DNA of 64,000 bases from Chrysomallon squamiferum. Taxonomy: Eukaryota; Animalia; Mollusca. Location: positions 10,912,001-10,976,000 of the forward strand of contig CM022670.1 in the NCBI GenBank assembly GCA_012295275.1, given 5' to 3'. The number at the start of each line of letters is the position of its first letter. Positions within the stretch are counted from its first letter, which is position 1. Under the pieces are notes generated by a model, which was given only the letters and a program-made list of their open reading frames with translations, did no database searches and was not told the DNA's origin. The position numbers were made by a program, and so were the translations under genes. This document shows positions 43,173 through 57,692 of the stretch, piece by piece.

Positions 43173-43480
43173 CAGGTTGAGCATGCCTTATCACAAAATG
43201 CTTTGACCCGAAGTGTTTCGGAGTATCATAATATTTCGGATTTCGGAATATAAGAAGCATAGGATATGTCAGTCTAAATGTGAATTTGAGTTATATTTTA
43301 GGACTTATGTAGATGGCCTTTATATAATATTTTAAAATAATTTTCGTGTATAAAATAAAATTAGTGTATGCAAAACGATCCAAAAACTGTAAGATATCTC
43401 TATTTCTCCTGTTCTGGAAAAGGTTTTGTATTTCGGAGATTTTCGGATATCGGAATTGTGGATAAGGGAATCTTAAGTTG
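43173..43480 (+). mobile_element. Tigger4/MER46-like MITE
   Basis: TA flanks; starts CAGGTTGAGCATGCCTTATC, ends GATAAGGGAATCTTAAGTTG (degenerate inverted match); internal TTTCGGA repeats characteristic of this pogo-derived MITE type. Confidence 0.7.
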
Positions 43481-43604
43481 TAGTGTATGTACAGCAATGA
43501 CCCATATTCGATTTTTAATTTTTATTTTTTTATATATATTTTTTTCCATATTGGATAATGTAATGTTATAACTTTTACTAGAATATTTGTTTTTAATGAA
43601 GCTT

Positions 43605-43773
<169 letters not shown>

Positions 43774-45566
43774 ATAAAAACATAATCTCAGTCACAACAG
43801 TGTATTTAACTTTTTATTTGTTTCTGTAACTGTGTTCATCTGCAATATATAAACATTACATAAAACAAATTAGATGGGTGTGTGCTCGGATTTACATTTT
43901 ATTGAATAACATAGCTATCGTTATTTGTCAAATACTAACTCCTCTGAGGCGCAAAGTACCTAAAACCGTAATTAATAAAATAAAGAGATTGTCGTGTAAA
44001 AGGGTAATTAAGAATATTGACGCTCTAGTTACAGTTTACCCTCATCAAGCAGAGAGAGAGATCCAGCCTCTTAATAACAATAAAATTCAAATATTTTTTC
44101 CTTGACGCCATGTTTTATATAAAACAGACTTAACGGTATTCGAACAGACGTAAAATAAAAAAAAAAAAAAAATTAACATTAAAATTTAAAAAAAAATGAA
44201 GAAAAGAAGTAATAAATAAATAAAGAAAGAAAACTGAAATAGATAAATTGAAAAAAAAAAAAGTAGAAGTGATACATAAAATTAAACAAGAAAATAAAAA
44301 AAAAAAAAAAAAAAACATAAAATAAAGCAGAGCAGTAATTGAAAGCTGCGGAATATATTCATTTCATCTTGTATTTTTAAACTTTTTATTTTTTAATTTT
44401 TTTTTTAAAAATCAATATAAATTCGAAAAACTAGTAAAATCGTGAGATGAGTTAGAGAAAATTGAATAAAAATGACGATTAATAAAAGCTAAACACGCAA
44501 TATAAAATGAAAAAAAAACACCTGTAACAACTCAGGAAATTATTACGAAATAAACCGAGTTTATAACCTGATATTGACGTAATATTTGCAATAAAGATTT
44601 CATATTCAGTAGCATTTAATAATGTTAAAATTATTTAAGAGAAAATTTTTCATTTATTAAAAAAAGATAAAGATAATTTGGTGCAACATGTCACAAAATT
44701 GGCGTTCATCATAACTGCAAAATTTGATCTGCAATAGCTTGTAACTTTTTTCTTCTTTTTTTTTTCCACAAACAACGCGACGCTCTCCAAATTTTTTTTC
44801 GCTTTTGCCAGACGTAATTCAAGCTACGTGTAAACGAACGATAGAGATTTTTCAGTCAGACAGACAGACAAACAAACAGAAAAAAAGAATTAACGTGCTA
44901 ATTAGAGCGAGCTGTTGTGAATATTTTCAATTGTAGAGCCATGTTTAAACAGCGATGCTCGAAGGAAAACATACTAAGTAGTAGACGTTACCAGTCAAAG
45001 CGATTAAAAATTAAGCACGTCATTACGCATTTTTCTTCAAACTTAATAAGGTTAGAAAATCTTAATTAAGTCTGAATTAAACCAAATTTATCGACCGAAA
45101 CTGAATCATTTCGTATTAAGCGCAGTACTAGTGTACTAACGAGAACAAATTAAAAAAAAAAAAAAATCGGACGTATTCGATATTGAAAATTTTACTGCAT
45201 TTTCTAATGAAAGTAAAATAATGTGTTCTACGGTCCTTTGGCAGTTGTTTGATGTTTTTTTGTTTTCAAATATTTCATTTAAGTGAAATTGTGAATGTCT
45301 TTTATATTCAACGATTTTATCAAGTGTTGGTTAATCCTGTTTCATGAGAAGTAGTTTATTTGTTACATGTTGAAAATGTACCTCGTCATGTTTTTATATT
45401 TATTGTACATTTATCTCATGAACCTGATGACTCACCGTATTGTGAATATTGATTAGTCTGCTGAATTTATTTCACAAGTGATTTATTGCTTATTGATTTT
45501 TCTTGTATTTTTTTTTCGATTCGCTTCCTAGAAGCCATTTTGATTTTTTTTTTCACTTTATTATTA

Positions 45567-45597
<31 letters not shown>

Positions 45598-45889
45598 TTT
45601 ATTTATCTGTTTATTTATTTGTAATTTTTTTGTTTTAATATGTGAGAATCATTTGTCACTTTAAATAGGTTTCTAACAAACCAGACTCCTGAGAAATATT
45701 TTTTAAAAATGTCGATTTTGTGTAGATGCTGGTATTATGAAATCTTTTATAAAGATATATATTTTGTCTTACTGCAGGTGTCAAAATTCCAGATAAGTTA
45801 AATACAATCCTGGTTCTATTCTTTACTCTCCTTAAGAGCTAATATGTTAATTTTTAATATTTTAAATGTTTAAAAATATTTTATAATTT

Positions 45890-45940
<51 letters not shown>

Positions 45941-46143
45941 TTTGTTTGGTATGAAAACACGACGATAGACTTATAAAGAAGAATTAATATAAATAATGTA
46001 TATTGCAAACACACCATATTTTCACCACGTAACTGACGTAAATACACGGTAGTGTACTTACAAACGTTAATAATAAAAGTATAATAAATAACTTACTGTA
46101 CAATATAAACAAAATAAGCAGGTCTGAATACAAACAACTAAAA

Positions 46144-46407
46144 CAGTGGCGTGCAGAGGTCTGGTGATACCCGAGGCCAACACCTTAATTGTGTGCCCCA
46201 AAGACTCAAGTATAAGGCCTAGTACTGAGAAATATTATAAGAAAAGAATATGTAAAGATAGATGAAACATAAAATAAACACTTTATTCGAGTTAAATATA
46301 AATCAACCAAATTTATTAAGTTCTTTTCGATGATTGGAAAACACCACCCCCCGATTTCGATGCCCGGGGCCACCGGCTCTTCGACCCCCTCCCTCTGCTC
46401 GCCACTG
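46144..46407. mobile_element. 264-bp hAT-like MITE
   Basis: TIRs CAGTGGCGTGCAGAGG / CCTCTGCTCGCCACTG (15/16), GC-rich subtermini (ACCCGAGGCCA, GCCCGGGGCCA) around an AT-rich core; TSD not preserved. Confidence 0.75.
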
Positions 46408-47689
46408 ACAAAGTAGTGAAAAAACAAAAATGAGAATTTCTATCATGGCATTCACTCACTGCTAACAAAAATGATTTCATTACCAAAGAACAGGACGTTA
46501 ATTTGAAATGTAGTCTGTTAATTTGAAATGTTGTCAGATGTATTTGTGAAATGACACATATATAAGGGAAACGTATAGTGAAGAACATAGATCTGTAGTT
46601 CAAACTGTAACTGAAAGCTACACGCAATTGCCTTCAGGGGAAACAACTCGTGGTTTGGGAAAACAATTGTAAACGTAGAGAAGTTACTATCCATAAAGCA
46701 AGTTACAAATTATAATATTACGAAAAAGGTAGATTACAGTGCTAACATTATTTAACCTAACACAATTTGTTACTCTTTAAAATATCCGAGAAATTCTAAT
46801 GCAAAGCTTCCGAAATGTAGGGAGAAGGACCATTACAATTTGTTTTAATAATAACAGATAGAAATAAAATTATTTCAGTTTACAGAAAAACATAATGCAT
46901 TTTTATAACACATTTCCGAATAACAAAAGCAGCAACAATAATGTCGATCATCATGATGAAATTTTTATTTCCAATTATAACTAATTCTGACACGATTTGT
47001 AAGTTTTTCGAATTGTGAAGAGTACCGAAAACTCCACAGTTTGTCGAACGTTACAAGAAAATAATACTGATGCAGGAAATTTTAACATATTAATCATGTT
47101 GACGAAATTCTAAATGTCTATTCGTTTCATTCTAAGATAAAAAAAAAAAAAAAAAAAAAATGAAGAGAAGAAAATAGAACAACAACTAAAAACAACAACG
47201 AAAAGATAAATACATTACAATAACAAACAAAAACAGACAGTCAGACACACACACACACACACACACAAAAACAAAATACTGACAAATGTGTATATTGTAA
47301 ATACATGTAACTGTTAACTCTTGTTGTATTCAGTGAATGTAAAACGTTTCTACAAGCTGAGTCGCCAGACTAATATTTTTTACACTAACAGAAGCGAGTA
47401 TTTCAAGGCTGTTGGCATCTTAGCAACAATAAACGAAAAATATATATACAGTCACACATATACATAAAAAATGAATGAGTTGAACGAAAGGTGATCTAAA
47501 TGTCATCGTTATTGTTGTAATGATCATTATAATTTTTAACTGAAAACTTACTAGCAGATTTTAGGTGTGATTTTAATTTTATATTGGATTTCTTTTTTAT
47601 TTTATTTCTTTTTTTTTTTTAATTGCTTTAATTATATTACTTTCTTCGGCGGTCAGTTGTAGCATTGCTGTGGTAATTTTTATTTTATT

Positions 47690-47735
<46 letters not shown>

Positions 47736-47815
47736 CCATGTGGATAATCTGATATAGCGTGTAAACTATTTTTATAGCCTTAATGCACGTGCAGTTGCGA
47801 TTGATTCTCTCATGT

Positions 47816-47868
<53 letters not shown>

Positions 47869-48193
47869 AACAAGAAGAAAACAAGAAGAAGAAAAAACCC
47901 ACCAAAAACATGCAGTGGACAGGGGTTATTTACAGTATTGTTTATGAGTTGTTTTGCATTGATTTTGTTTGAACTTGTTTTTCAGTTTTTCTGATGAATC
48001 AGTGTTTAGGACGTAACACATCAAACGGAGAGGTTTCATTGCCGTGATTTTCATTGCGTTGCTCGAACTCGATGTCGCTGCCATTTCCGTAGACCTTTTT
48101 CTTGCAGGTTTCTCGAATACATAATAACTCGAAAGTCTTACAAAGTTTAAGATCAAATTCAAACGGTGTTAGATCAAATATTTCCTTTTGGGG

Positions 48194-48259
<66 letters not shown>

Positions 48260-49988
48260 TTCAGCAGAGCAAGAAATTTCAGAGAAATATTCTGTAAAAC
48301 CATTTGCTAATATTAGAAAAAGCTTCTACTACCTTTTAAATGATTATAAATCTGAAATAACTGATTTTCTGTGCATGTGTGTGTGTGTTTGTGTGTAAAT
48401 GTCTACATCTATCTCTCTCTACATTACGTATTATTACGTTGTTGTTGTTGTTATTATTGTGGTCGTCGTGGTGGCAGTTGTTATTTTAATGTCAACAGTA
48501 AGACAGATCAACAAACCCAAGAGGACTCGAGTGCTTACAGACTACAGTTCAATTAGAAGCTGGCTTCAGATTAGCAGTTTAATGAATATCGATGTGCTTC
48601 TGTCTAGTATTTATCAGTGGGATGTTGATAAAGCATTTGTGGCAGGTATGGGTTAATTTGCACTAACAAAAACATATCAGTTATTTATTTAGCTGTAAAA
48701 GCTCACTAGCTGTGGTTGAAAACAGCAGTCGGGTTATTTGTGTCTGAAATAGGAGATAAGCAGAAAATAACCGTAGACAACTTTAAAAGTGCATGCATGC
48801 ATTTTTGTTTTTTGTTTATTTGTTTGTTTGTTTGTTTGTTTGTTTGTTTGTTTATTTATTGTTATGGATTTCGTAATGATTAATCAAGTTTACTGATTTA
48901 TTGAAGGAACAAAAATTCGATTATATTATCAAAACAAAATATCGACATCAACTGTTCATCATAAATAATCACAACTAATACACTGATATATTCAGTAAAT
49001 GATTGTCTTTAAAGATGAAACTATGCCTCATGATTTAAGAAAGATTCTCTCTTGTTTGAGATGATCGATGACCAATGAACTGGGTGCAGCCAGATCCTAC
49101 CTAGAGATTGTCTTACCGTTGTGGTATCCGACGATAAAAGGGCAAATGACGTCATTTGACACATAACATTTCTAAACGTACCGTGATTCAAGATCTTGTT
49201 TCTATACCTCTATTTAAAACTGACAAGATTGGTGCGCTTGTACCTGTCCAGATATAGAAAAAACTCACTTCACCTCATCTATCATTTCTGTTGCATTAAC
49301 AACTTGTTAAGTTCCCTCTGTATCGACGTCAATCAATGCATCACTGCATCGACGACGTCTTTGTACAGACCACACAACATCGGTATTCAGTCCCATGATG
49401 GCCATATCCAATATTACGACTTTTGAAAATCGATCAGCGCAGAAAAATCATCGCATTTTCGTGACCAGTGAGTCTTATGCAATACCCACTAAAGATACAC
49501 TAATTAGTAATTATTTATCAAATACTGCTGATTTCATTTTGATTATGAAATTTGTGCTGTAATGTGAATGTGTTTGTAATGCTAGTCACTACATATTTGA
49601 AATTATTTTTTTGTAGTCCAGCTGTCTAACTACAACAATCGCTGGTCTGAGTTTTAAATAGAATTTACATTCTCCCAGCCAGTACTGTACAATAAAAAAA
49701 TAATAATAATAAAAATAATAATAATAATAAAAAAAAAAGTATAATGGTCCAGTAACTTTTGTTTCAGTACAAAACTTGAACGAAAATAAAGACATAGTTG
49801 TATATATAATAAAAAAAAAAAAAATAATAATAAAATATATAACACAGTGTTTATTAATATTATAATTATGAACGGAATATCTTAAGGCAGTAACCAGTTA
49901 TTATTATAATTTTTTTTTTATTATCCTGTAATCATTATTAAAACAGGATAAAGTTGACATCTTAATACAGTAATCAGTCATACATACA

Positions 49989-50029
<41 letters not shown>

Positions 50030-50272
50030 CTGATTTTCATTCCATTCTATATCGAACCTTTTCTCAATGATTCCAGTGATTCCCTGTTGGTTTTGTTCAT
50101 TTGATTTCTCTTGTTTTATGCTGAATAATATTTTCTTTGTGCATCCAATTTAATTTAGATTTCGTACAGTTAAAGTGTGCAATCCTATGTAATTACTCTA
50201 AACTTTTTTTTTTTTTTTAAAGTTTAATCGCAAGAGAAATAATTAACTACTGAAAGAATAATTTAAAAAAAC

Positions 50273-50303
<31 letters not shown>

Positions 50304-51536
50304 ATTAATAAAAAATAAAAAGCCCAGCAATCCAATAAAATAAAAATTATTCAGATACATTTTCGAAACATAATTAGATTACACAAATTTTCTTTATATC
50401 TAAAATGGAGAATTACGCTAACTTACAAAGAATGTTATCCCAAGTATATAATGTTTTATTGTTTGGTTTTTAAACTGCATTCAGATTTTAATTGCTTGTA
50501 GCCGTGTTTTTATTTAATCATTAGAAGATTCGAGAGCGAAAGTATTTGAAAATTTGCTTGTTTTGCTGCAAACTAAATTACACACCTGTTAACAAAAAAT
50601 ATGTTTTAAAAGGAAATTGTTAGCTAATTTATTTGTAATGATGTTAGTGTGACTTTCCTGTAATCAATACAGCAAATGTTCTCCCTTGGCTCATCCATTA
50701 TCAATGCTATTTTTCTCATCAGCAGAATTTTACTTTCAGAAAGAGGGGAAAAAAAAGAAAGTTAAATAAAGAAAAGAAATAAAAAGAACAATGTGTTTGT
50801 TACCATTATTTTAAAAAGCTGAAGGTTATTTTTTTAAAAGTGTATATCACTGATGTAAAATAGAGAATCACTGTCAAAACTTTTTTTTTACTAATATTTT
50901 ATTATCGTTCATGTATATAATTCGTTCAGTTAAAGGTTCCTTTTTTTTCATTGATTTATTTAATTAATTTTGAGTAATCTTTTCTTTTTTGTCTCTTTTT
51001 TTATTTTTTTATTATTTTTTTTTTTTTGTATGCACAAGAACATAAATTTAATTAACTTTTAAAAACCTTAGCTTTTGTTTTGTTCGTTTAAACTGCAGTA
51101 AAATGGCACTTGCATATCTGTCTCAAGTTGTTACCCTCTAGGTCTGAAAAAGGTAGCGATCTCATATAGATAATGAATATAAAATAATAGAAGTAATAGC
51201 GACAGACTTTACTTTGTACAATTATTACTGGCAAGAAAAAGAGGAAAATTAATATTTAATGACACTTCTGTTGATGATAGTCTATTATATGAATAATTAA
51301 AAACATATGAATATGTTAGCAAATCTATTTACAGTTTAAACTGAAATACTGTTTGTATTAACAGTTATATATTTGGCTGTGCAAAATCTGATGTAACAGG
51401 TAATGAAATGATGCATGTGTTAGGCTCTTATAATCATTGATATAATTTCCTACGAGAATTTCGTAAGCTGTTTCTGTGGTTGATCATTTATTGTGTATCT
51501 TTAGAGGAACGAATAAATAAATAAAATATATATATA

Positions 51537-51567
<31 letters not shown>

Positions 51568-51572
51568 TTTTT

Positions 51573-51619
<47 letters not shown>

Positions 51620-53237
51620 TTAACAAAACAAAAAAAAAATTATATTCGTCCAAGTAATTATTTTTTATTATAGTTTTTAATTTTAATTTTAACGACTTCC
51701 AAGGAGACGATTATTATGACGATTAAATAGTGTCATAAGAAATCGTTTAAATGACGTCATTTCTTCGCAAACAGAGGTCGTGACGTCATAGCTTAGTTGG
51801 GTATCTAATCAACTGCTTAAGATTTTGCTTGGGTGGAGTTCGGATATGAAAAAGTTAATAAACGGTTTAAAGTTACCTTGTATTGTGAAGGAGAAAAGAA
51901 AAAGAAGGTTTGCTCTCAATTAGAAGTTCCTTGGGGTAGCGGCCATCACTTTATGTTTCTTCGAACCTGATTCGCGAACATCGTTCATACACTATTTTCA
52001 CTGTCACGGGGTTAGCTCTACGAGCTTCCTTCACATAAACAACCAGGACGAAACAAAAGCTAGATAGATATCTTGTGTTTTCAAAAAGCTATCATCGGAA
52101 ACCCAAATATTTCATCTTTAAAAAAAAAAAAAAAAAACTCTACAAAAGTGAATTTTAGTTTTTTATCTAGCGCAAATAAATGATTTTACCTACTTTGGCT
52201 TCACTTATCAATGAAAATATACTTTGCAGACTTATAAAAACAAAATTAGACTAAATATTTGCAACACAAAGTATGATATATTTTGAAATAAACTTTGTGT
52301 TACAGAAAATCTCGCATCAGAATCTTAAAAATCGAGATTTCTTCAAAATGGCAACTGTACGGAAACGGCTTCAGAAAAAAAAAAAATGAATATTAAAAAA
52401 TGCAGTACTTTGGAACTTTGGAACTTTGAATTTTTTTTATCACTGAACCCAATTAGGAGTCAACACTATATTTTCCAAAACGAAATCACGTTAGAGTATT
52501 ACTAAAAGTAAACATTTCAGAAAAAAAAAAAAATATGTCGATTACACATAAAGCATTACAGTCACAATTTTGTTTATTTTTCATGTTTACCGATTAATAA
52601 ATACACTGTATAATTAAGGTTATGAGAATATCTAATATATTTATAAAACATTACAAATTAATACGGTATTCTATATCATAGTTCCTCTGACTATTTATTT
52701 AGAAATAATAATTAATTTCTTACTCAAAATTATTCCTTCATCATATAAGTGATTGTGATTTTTATTTTTTTTAATTTTTTTTTTTTTTTTTTTAATTTAT
52801 TATTTTTTTTATTATTTTTTTTTTTCCCCACTGCAATCATCTGGTAACTTTTGCACCAAATGATCGTCAAATCTTCCTTTATTATGGGGGGGGGGGAGAG
52901 TATTAGACTAGCGAAAATGAGAAGAGATTAAAACTGATATGTCGAAAAAAAAAAAAAAAAAAAATCAAAATGAAACCGCTGTCAGCAGGCTGTTGCTTTC
53001 AACAAATCGATTTGAGAAAAGCTCTTTGTCGCGATTTTCTAGATAACACACGTGTATCAAATTGCAGCTTCCAAACGATGCAGATTTGTCTGACTTATAA
53101 TTAAATTTTTAAAAACACATTTTAGCTCTTAAATTACATAGGCTATTGCGACAGAAATACAAAAAAATAATAATATGCTAATTTTTGTAATATATATATA
53201 TATAATGTGTGTGTTTGTGTGTGTGTATATATATATA

Positions 53238-53276
<39 letters not shown>

Positions 53277-53381
53277 GAAAAAGAGAGAGAAACAGAGAGA
53301 GGGAAGGAGAGAGAGAGAGAGATAGATACAGAGAGAGAGAAAACATATAATACAAATTAATATATTATTTTTTATATTTCA

Positions 53382-53471
<90 letters not shown>

Positions 53472-53952
53472 ATTTTTCAGTATATCGAAGTGTATTATTT
53501 TAAGCTAGGTAGGACGCATTTCTATCAAAAATCAATCGTTTAACGCCACGGAACGTCTATTTTCTTAACACATATGTGAACTTATTAAAACGCGACGTAC
53601 CAAAATTTCTTCACTTTTATTTAAATAACCAGTCAACTTCCACTCCTGGGCGTACTTTTCACCAATATCATAACATCATTGATTCGCTTATTGAACGCAG
53701 GAGCAATTGCGACTGTGTTATGACTATTAAGCTGCGATGTTATGACAACGTGCTTATCGCATCCCATCAATATCTCATCTCCGTGATGGAATTACTACGA
53801 CAAACATTGATTTATAACATTCCTCTAGCAGCTCGTACTCGCGTAAGCTCATCAACCTGCTTTTTCGGCGACATGAATCAGAGAGACTGACTTCACATGT
53901 AAAAAATAATTACTTGATAACCGTTCCTGGTTATGGCTACATATGTACACAT

Positions 53953-53986
<34 letters not shown>

Positions 53987-54157
53987 TACGTAGAACTGAT
54001 TTATCTGTCCTCGGTACACAAAGAAACTTTTTTGGAGTTTATTTTTGAAGATGAGAAAAGAAGAAAAATGCTGAACGATACGCCAAATTGTCTATAACCA
54101 GTCGACAAACCAATACCACATGAAATTATATATAATCATGTGCATATATATATATAT

Positions 54158-54198
<41 letters not shown>

Positions 54199-54918
54199 TG
54201 TTTGTGTGTGAATGTATATGTATATATATATACGAATATATGTATATGTATATATGTGTGTGTGTGTGTGTGTGTGTTGTTATTTACACTAATTTTTAAG
54301 AAACCGTCTGTTATTTCTTTCCGAGAAATTAATCGAAACATTGTATATTTTAATTTTAATTGTAAAATCGATGCTAAACAGCTTTATGCTCTCCAGCTCA
54401 GTGCGAATGTATTTAGACTGTCGTGTTTGAGATAATGAAGCGAACTGGAACCCGCTGTCTTCCAAATGCCAGCGTTACAGAGTGTACACACACACTGAAA
54501 CATAAACAGTCACAGCGCGAAGCTGCATCTCTGTCTGATCTTGACGCGCGGAAATGACTTCAGCACGAAAACAGGTTTTCACAATTCAGAATTCATAATC
54601 TTGTATCGTTGAAGTTCGACAGCCGATTGTTATCTTCTTCGTGCGTGGGTGTCTTTAAGAATTGATTATTTTTGACTGATTATAGAGACATGAAAAATTT
54701 ACAACGGGTAAAATAATCCAATCCACGGTCTTCATCTTCGTCGGTATGTGGTCTTTTGATGTCTGCGAACTTTTTGCAACTTTTAGGTCGCGGGGTTTAA
54801 AAATACTACAGCATTTACGAATAAGAATAAAATTCTTCCGATGTGGGGAAAATGTCAGACGTTACCTATCGCAGAACTTTATTGACTGAAAAGATTAAGT
54901 CTGTAACGAGACACGGCT

Positions 54919-54949
<31 letters not shown>

Positions 54950-55244
54950 GCGCTAATATAAACACGAATAATAAATAAAATTCGTCTGCGGTGTCGAATT
55001 TTCTTATTTTTAACATTTTTCTTTTCTTTATCACTATTTTCGTAGCAAGTTAATATGTTTATTTAATTATACAGGATACCGAGATTATTTGAGATTCACG
55101 TTGATTTTTATTACGATCATCGTCACTAATTTCATGAAGCCTAAAATATGAAACTGTTTATCAATACCAATATACGCTCTAAATACATAAATACGATTGG
55201 CTAAATTAATTTTTCAGTGGTTCATTATTAAAGATATATATACA

Positions 55245-55279
<35 letters not shown>

Positions 55280-56909
55280 TCATATATATATACACACACA
55301 CACACATACACACACATTCATACATACATACATACATACAAACAAATATAAATTATATATATATATATACATATTGACCTTTGCGGATTTATCTCGGCTG
55401 TCCAATCGATTAAAATGAAATACATGAACTATTTACACCAGAAACTGATCAGATGTCTCAGTAAAGTATGACAACAAGGTCTGACTAATAAAACACATAA
55501 AGTTTAAATTAGTCATAGTCTGAATCCCAGCAAGGAGAGTATGAATTACAAAATAAAAAGTAGATAAGTTACCATTAAAGTGAACATTTCATGATTAAAT
55601 AATTAAAAAAATGAAATTAAAAAGAAAAATTAAATTAAAAAAGAAGACAAAAAAAAAAAAAAAAACGAAAGAAAAAATTCGGAACATAACATATCACACA
55701 ATATCAGTCTACAGTTACCTCAAATCTTGATGAAGTTTACGAAATATATCGCATCATGCAATAATAATTCAAACTTTTTTCTTTTCAGAATGCCTTTTTT
55801 TTAAAGCAATAATTTAGATTAAAAAGAGCAACAACGGCAGCAACAGCAGTAACAAGACAACGACGATGGTAATGATTATGATGATGATGATGATGGTGAT
55901 GATTATTATTACGATGATGATGATGATATTCGTGACGCTTATTTATTTCCACAACAACTAGTACGGGACTGTAGGAAAACAAAAACCCATTTGTTTATTC
56001 TACGCGGCTAGGAAGACATCAGCTTTATGAATTTCCATCTATCATCAAGACGAATGTCTGATCTCTCATTAATGCACTCCTTTACGTACAAGCAGATCTC
56101 ATTAACTCATCAACACTTTATTGCTGATGAATATTTCCCCATTTGAGTCAATTTATTATCGTCGGAAATTTTATCAGTTCCATGTCCAGAAATTGCAGCC
56201 CGTTTGCTTAAACAAACAAACCATTTCCCAAGAGGGTGATGCTCTTTAAATAAAATTAACTTTATTCATCAATCATCAGTCGTTTCTTCATTCTCAGTGT
56301 GAACGAATGAACATAAAACAAAGTTTCGGCGATGATGTGGCAATGAAAAAACCTTAAAAGCTATGTCTTCTGAAAGCAGAGTGAGAAATTCAGTACAGCG
56401 ATCTCATGATGGTCATTTTTCTTTTAGGACCGACAGGAAAACCTACGATGAAAAATGTCGTATTCCCAGAAGATCTTACGTTCTGCCGTTAAAAGCTATT
56501 ACTTCTAACGTACTAATATATTGTATAAAAAAATAAAAAATAAAAAATAAAAATGTCGTTGCAAATATTTGCGTAAAAGCTATTTTATATTATCTACACG
56601 TTTCTGGAAAATACGTTTTCAAAAATAGGTATTGATGAAAGTCATCCGATAATAATGAATTTTAATTTTTAATTTCTGTAATGAACTCCCGAGCCGCCCT
56701 TTTAAAATGCTGCTGTTTTCTGTAGCGATTTCCTTAGCTGACTGATTAAAGATCTTTTATTTATTATTTTATTGTAGTACAGATTTCTGCTACTTTGACT
56801 AATGATAAACGAGAGAGATAGAGAGGGAGGGAGGGAGAGAGAGAGAGAGAGAGAGAAAACATATAATACAAATTAATATATTATTTTTTATATTTCAGTG
56901 TGTGTGTGT

Positions 56910-57021
<112 letters not shown>

Positions 57022-57645
57022 AGAACGCCAGATTACAGACAGAGAGAGATAGATAAGATTTCGTGAAGAAAAGATTTTTTGCAGATTCTGTGTTAAAACA
57101 GAGACAGACATTTCTGATTAATAAACAATAAATAATAATAAGAGCTATGTTGATATATTTAGATTCACAACTTAAGAACTGCGTTTCCTCTGAAATGTCA
57201 TGCCTATCGCATGTTACAGAAATATAATGCAGTAATAGCCTCTCTGATGTGAAAATAATTCTTTTGACAAATTACCATCTCTTTTAAATATCGATTTCGT
57301 GTTCATATTACAAAAGACGAAGAAAAAAAAAATATATTCGATTTTTTTTTTTTTTTTTTTTCATCTCCTTATATTATGGGCATCAAGACATAAGTGCGCT
57401 TTTTAATTTTTTAAAAGAAGTTTCTTGGTGAAAAGTAATGGTCCGATGATGTCCCTTTCATTATTGAACCTTTCCGCTCAGCGATTGATTTTCGTGACTC
57501 GATATACGTCAGCGGTCTTGTGTGTTAGCTGGATCGTCAAGTAGAAACTGAGCCTCTCTTTGTCTGATGTTTCTTTATTACTTGAATAGTGGAGAAAAAA
57601 ATGAAGATGATCTTTGGATTGCCATTAATTTCTTCAAGATTTATT

Positions 57646-57692
<47 letters not shown>

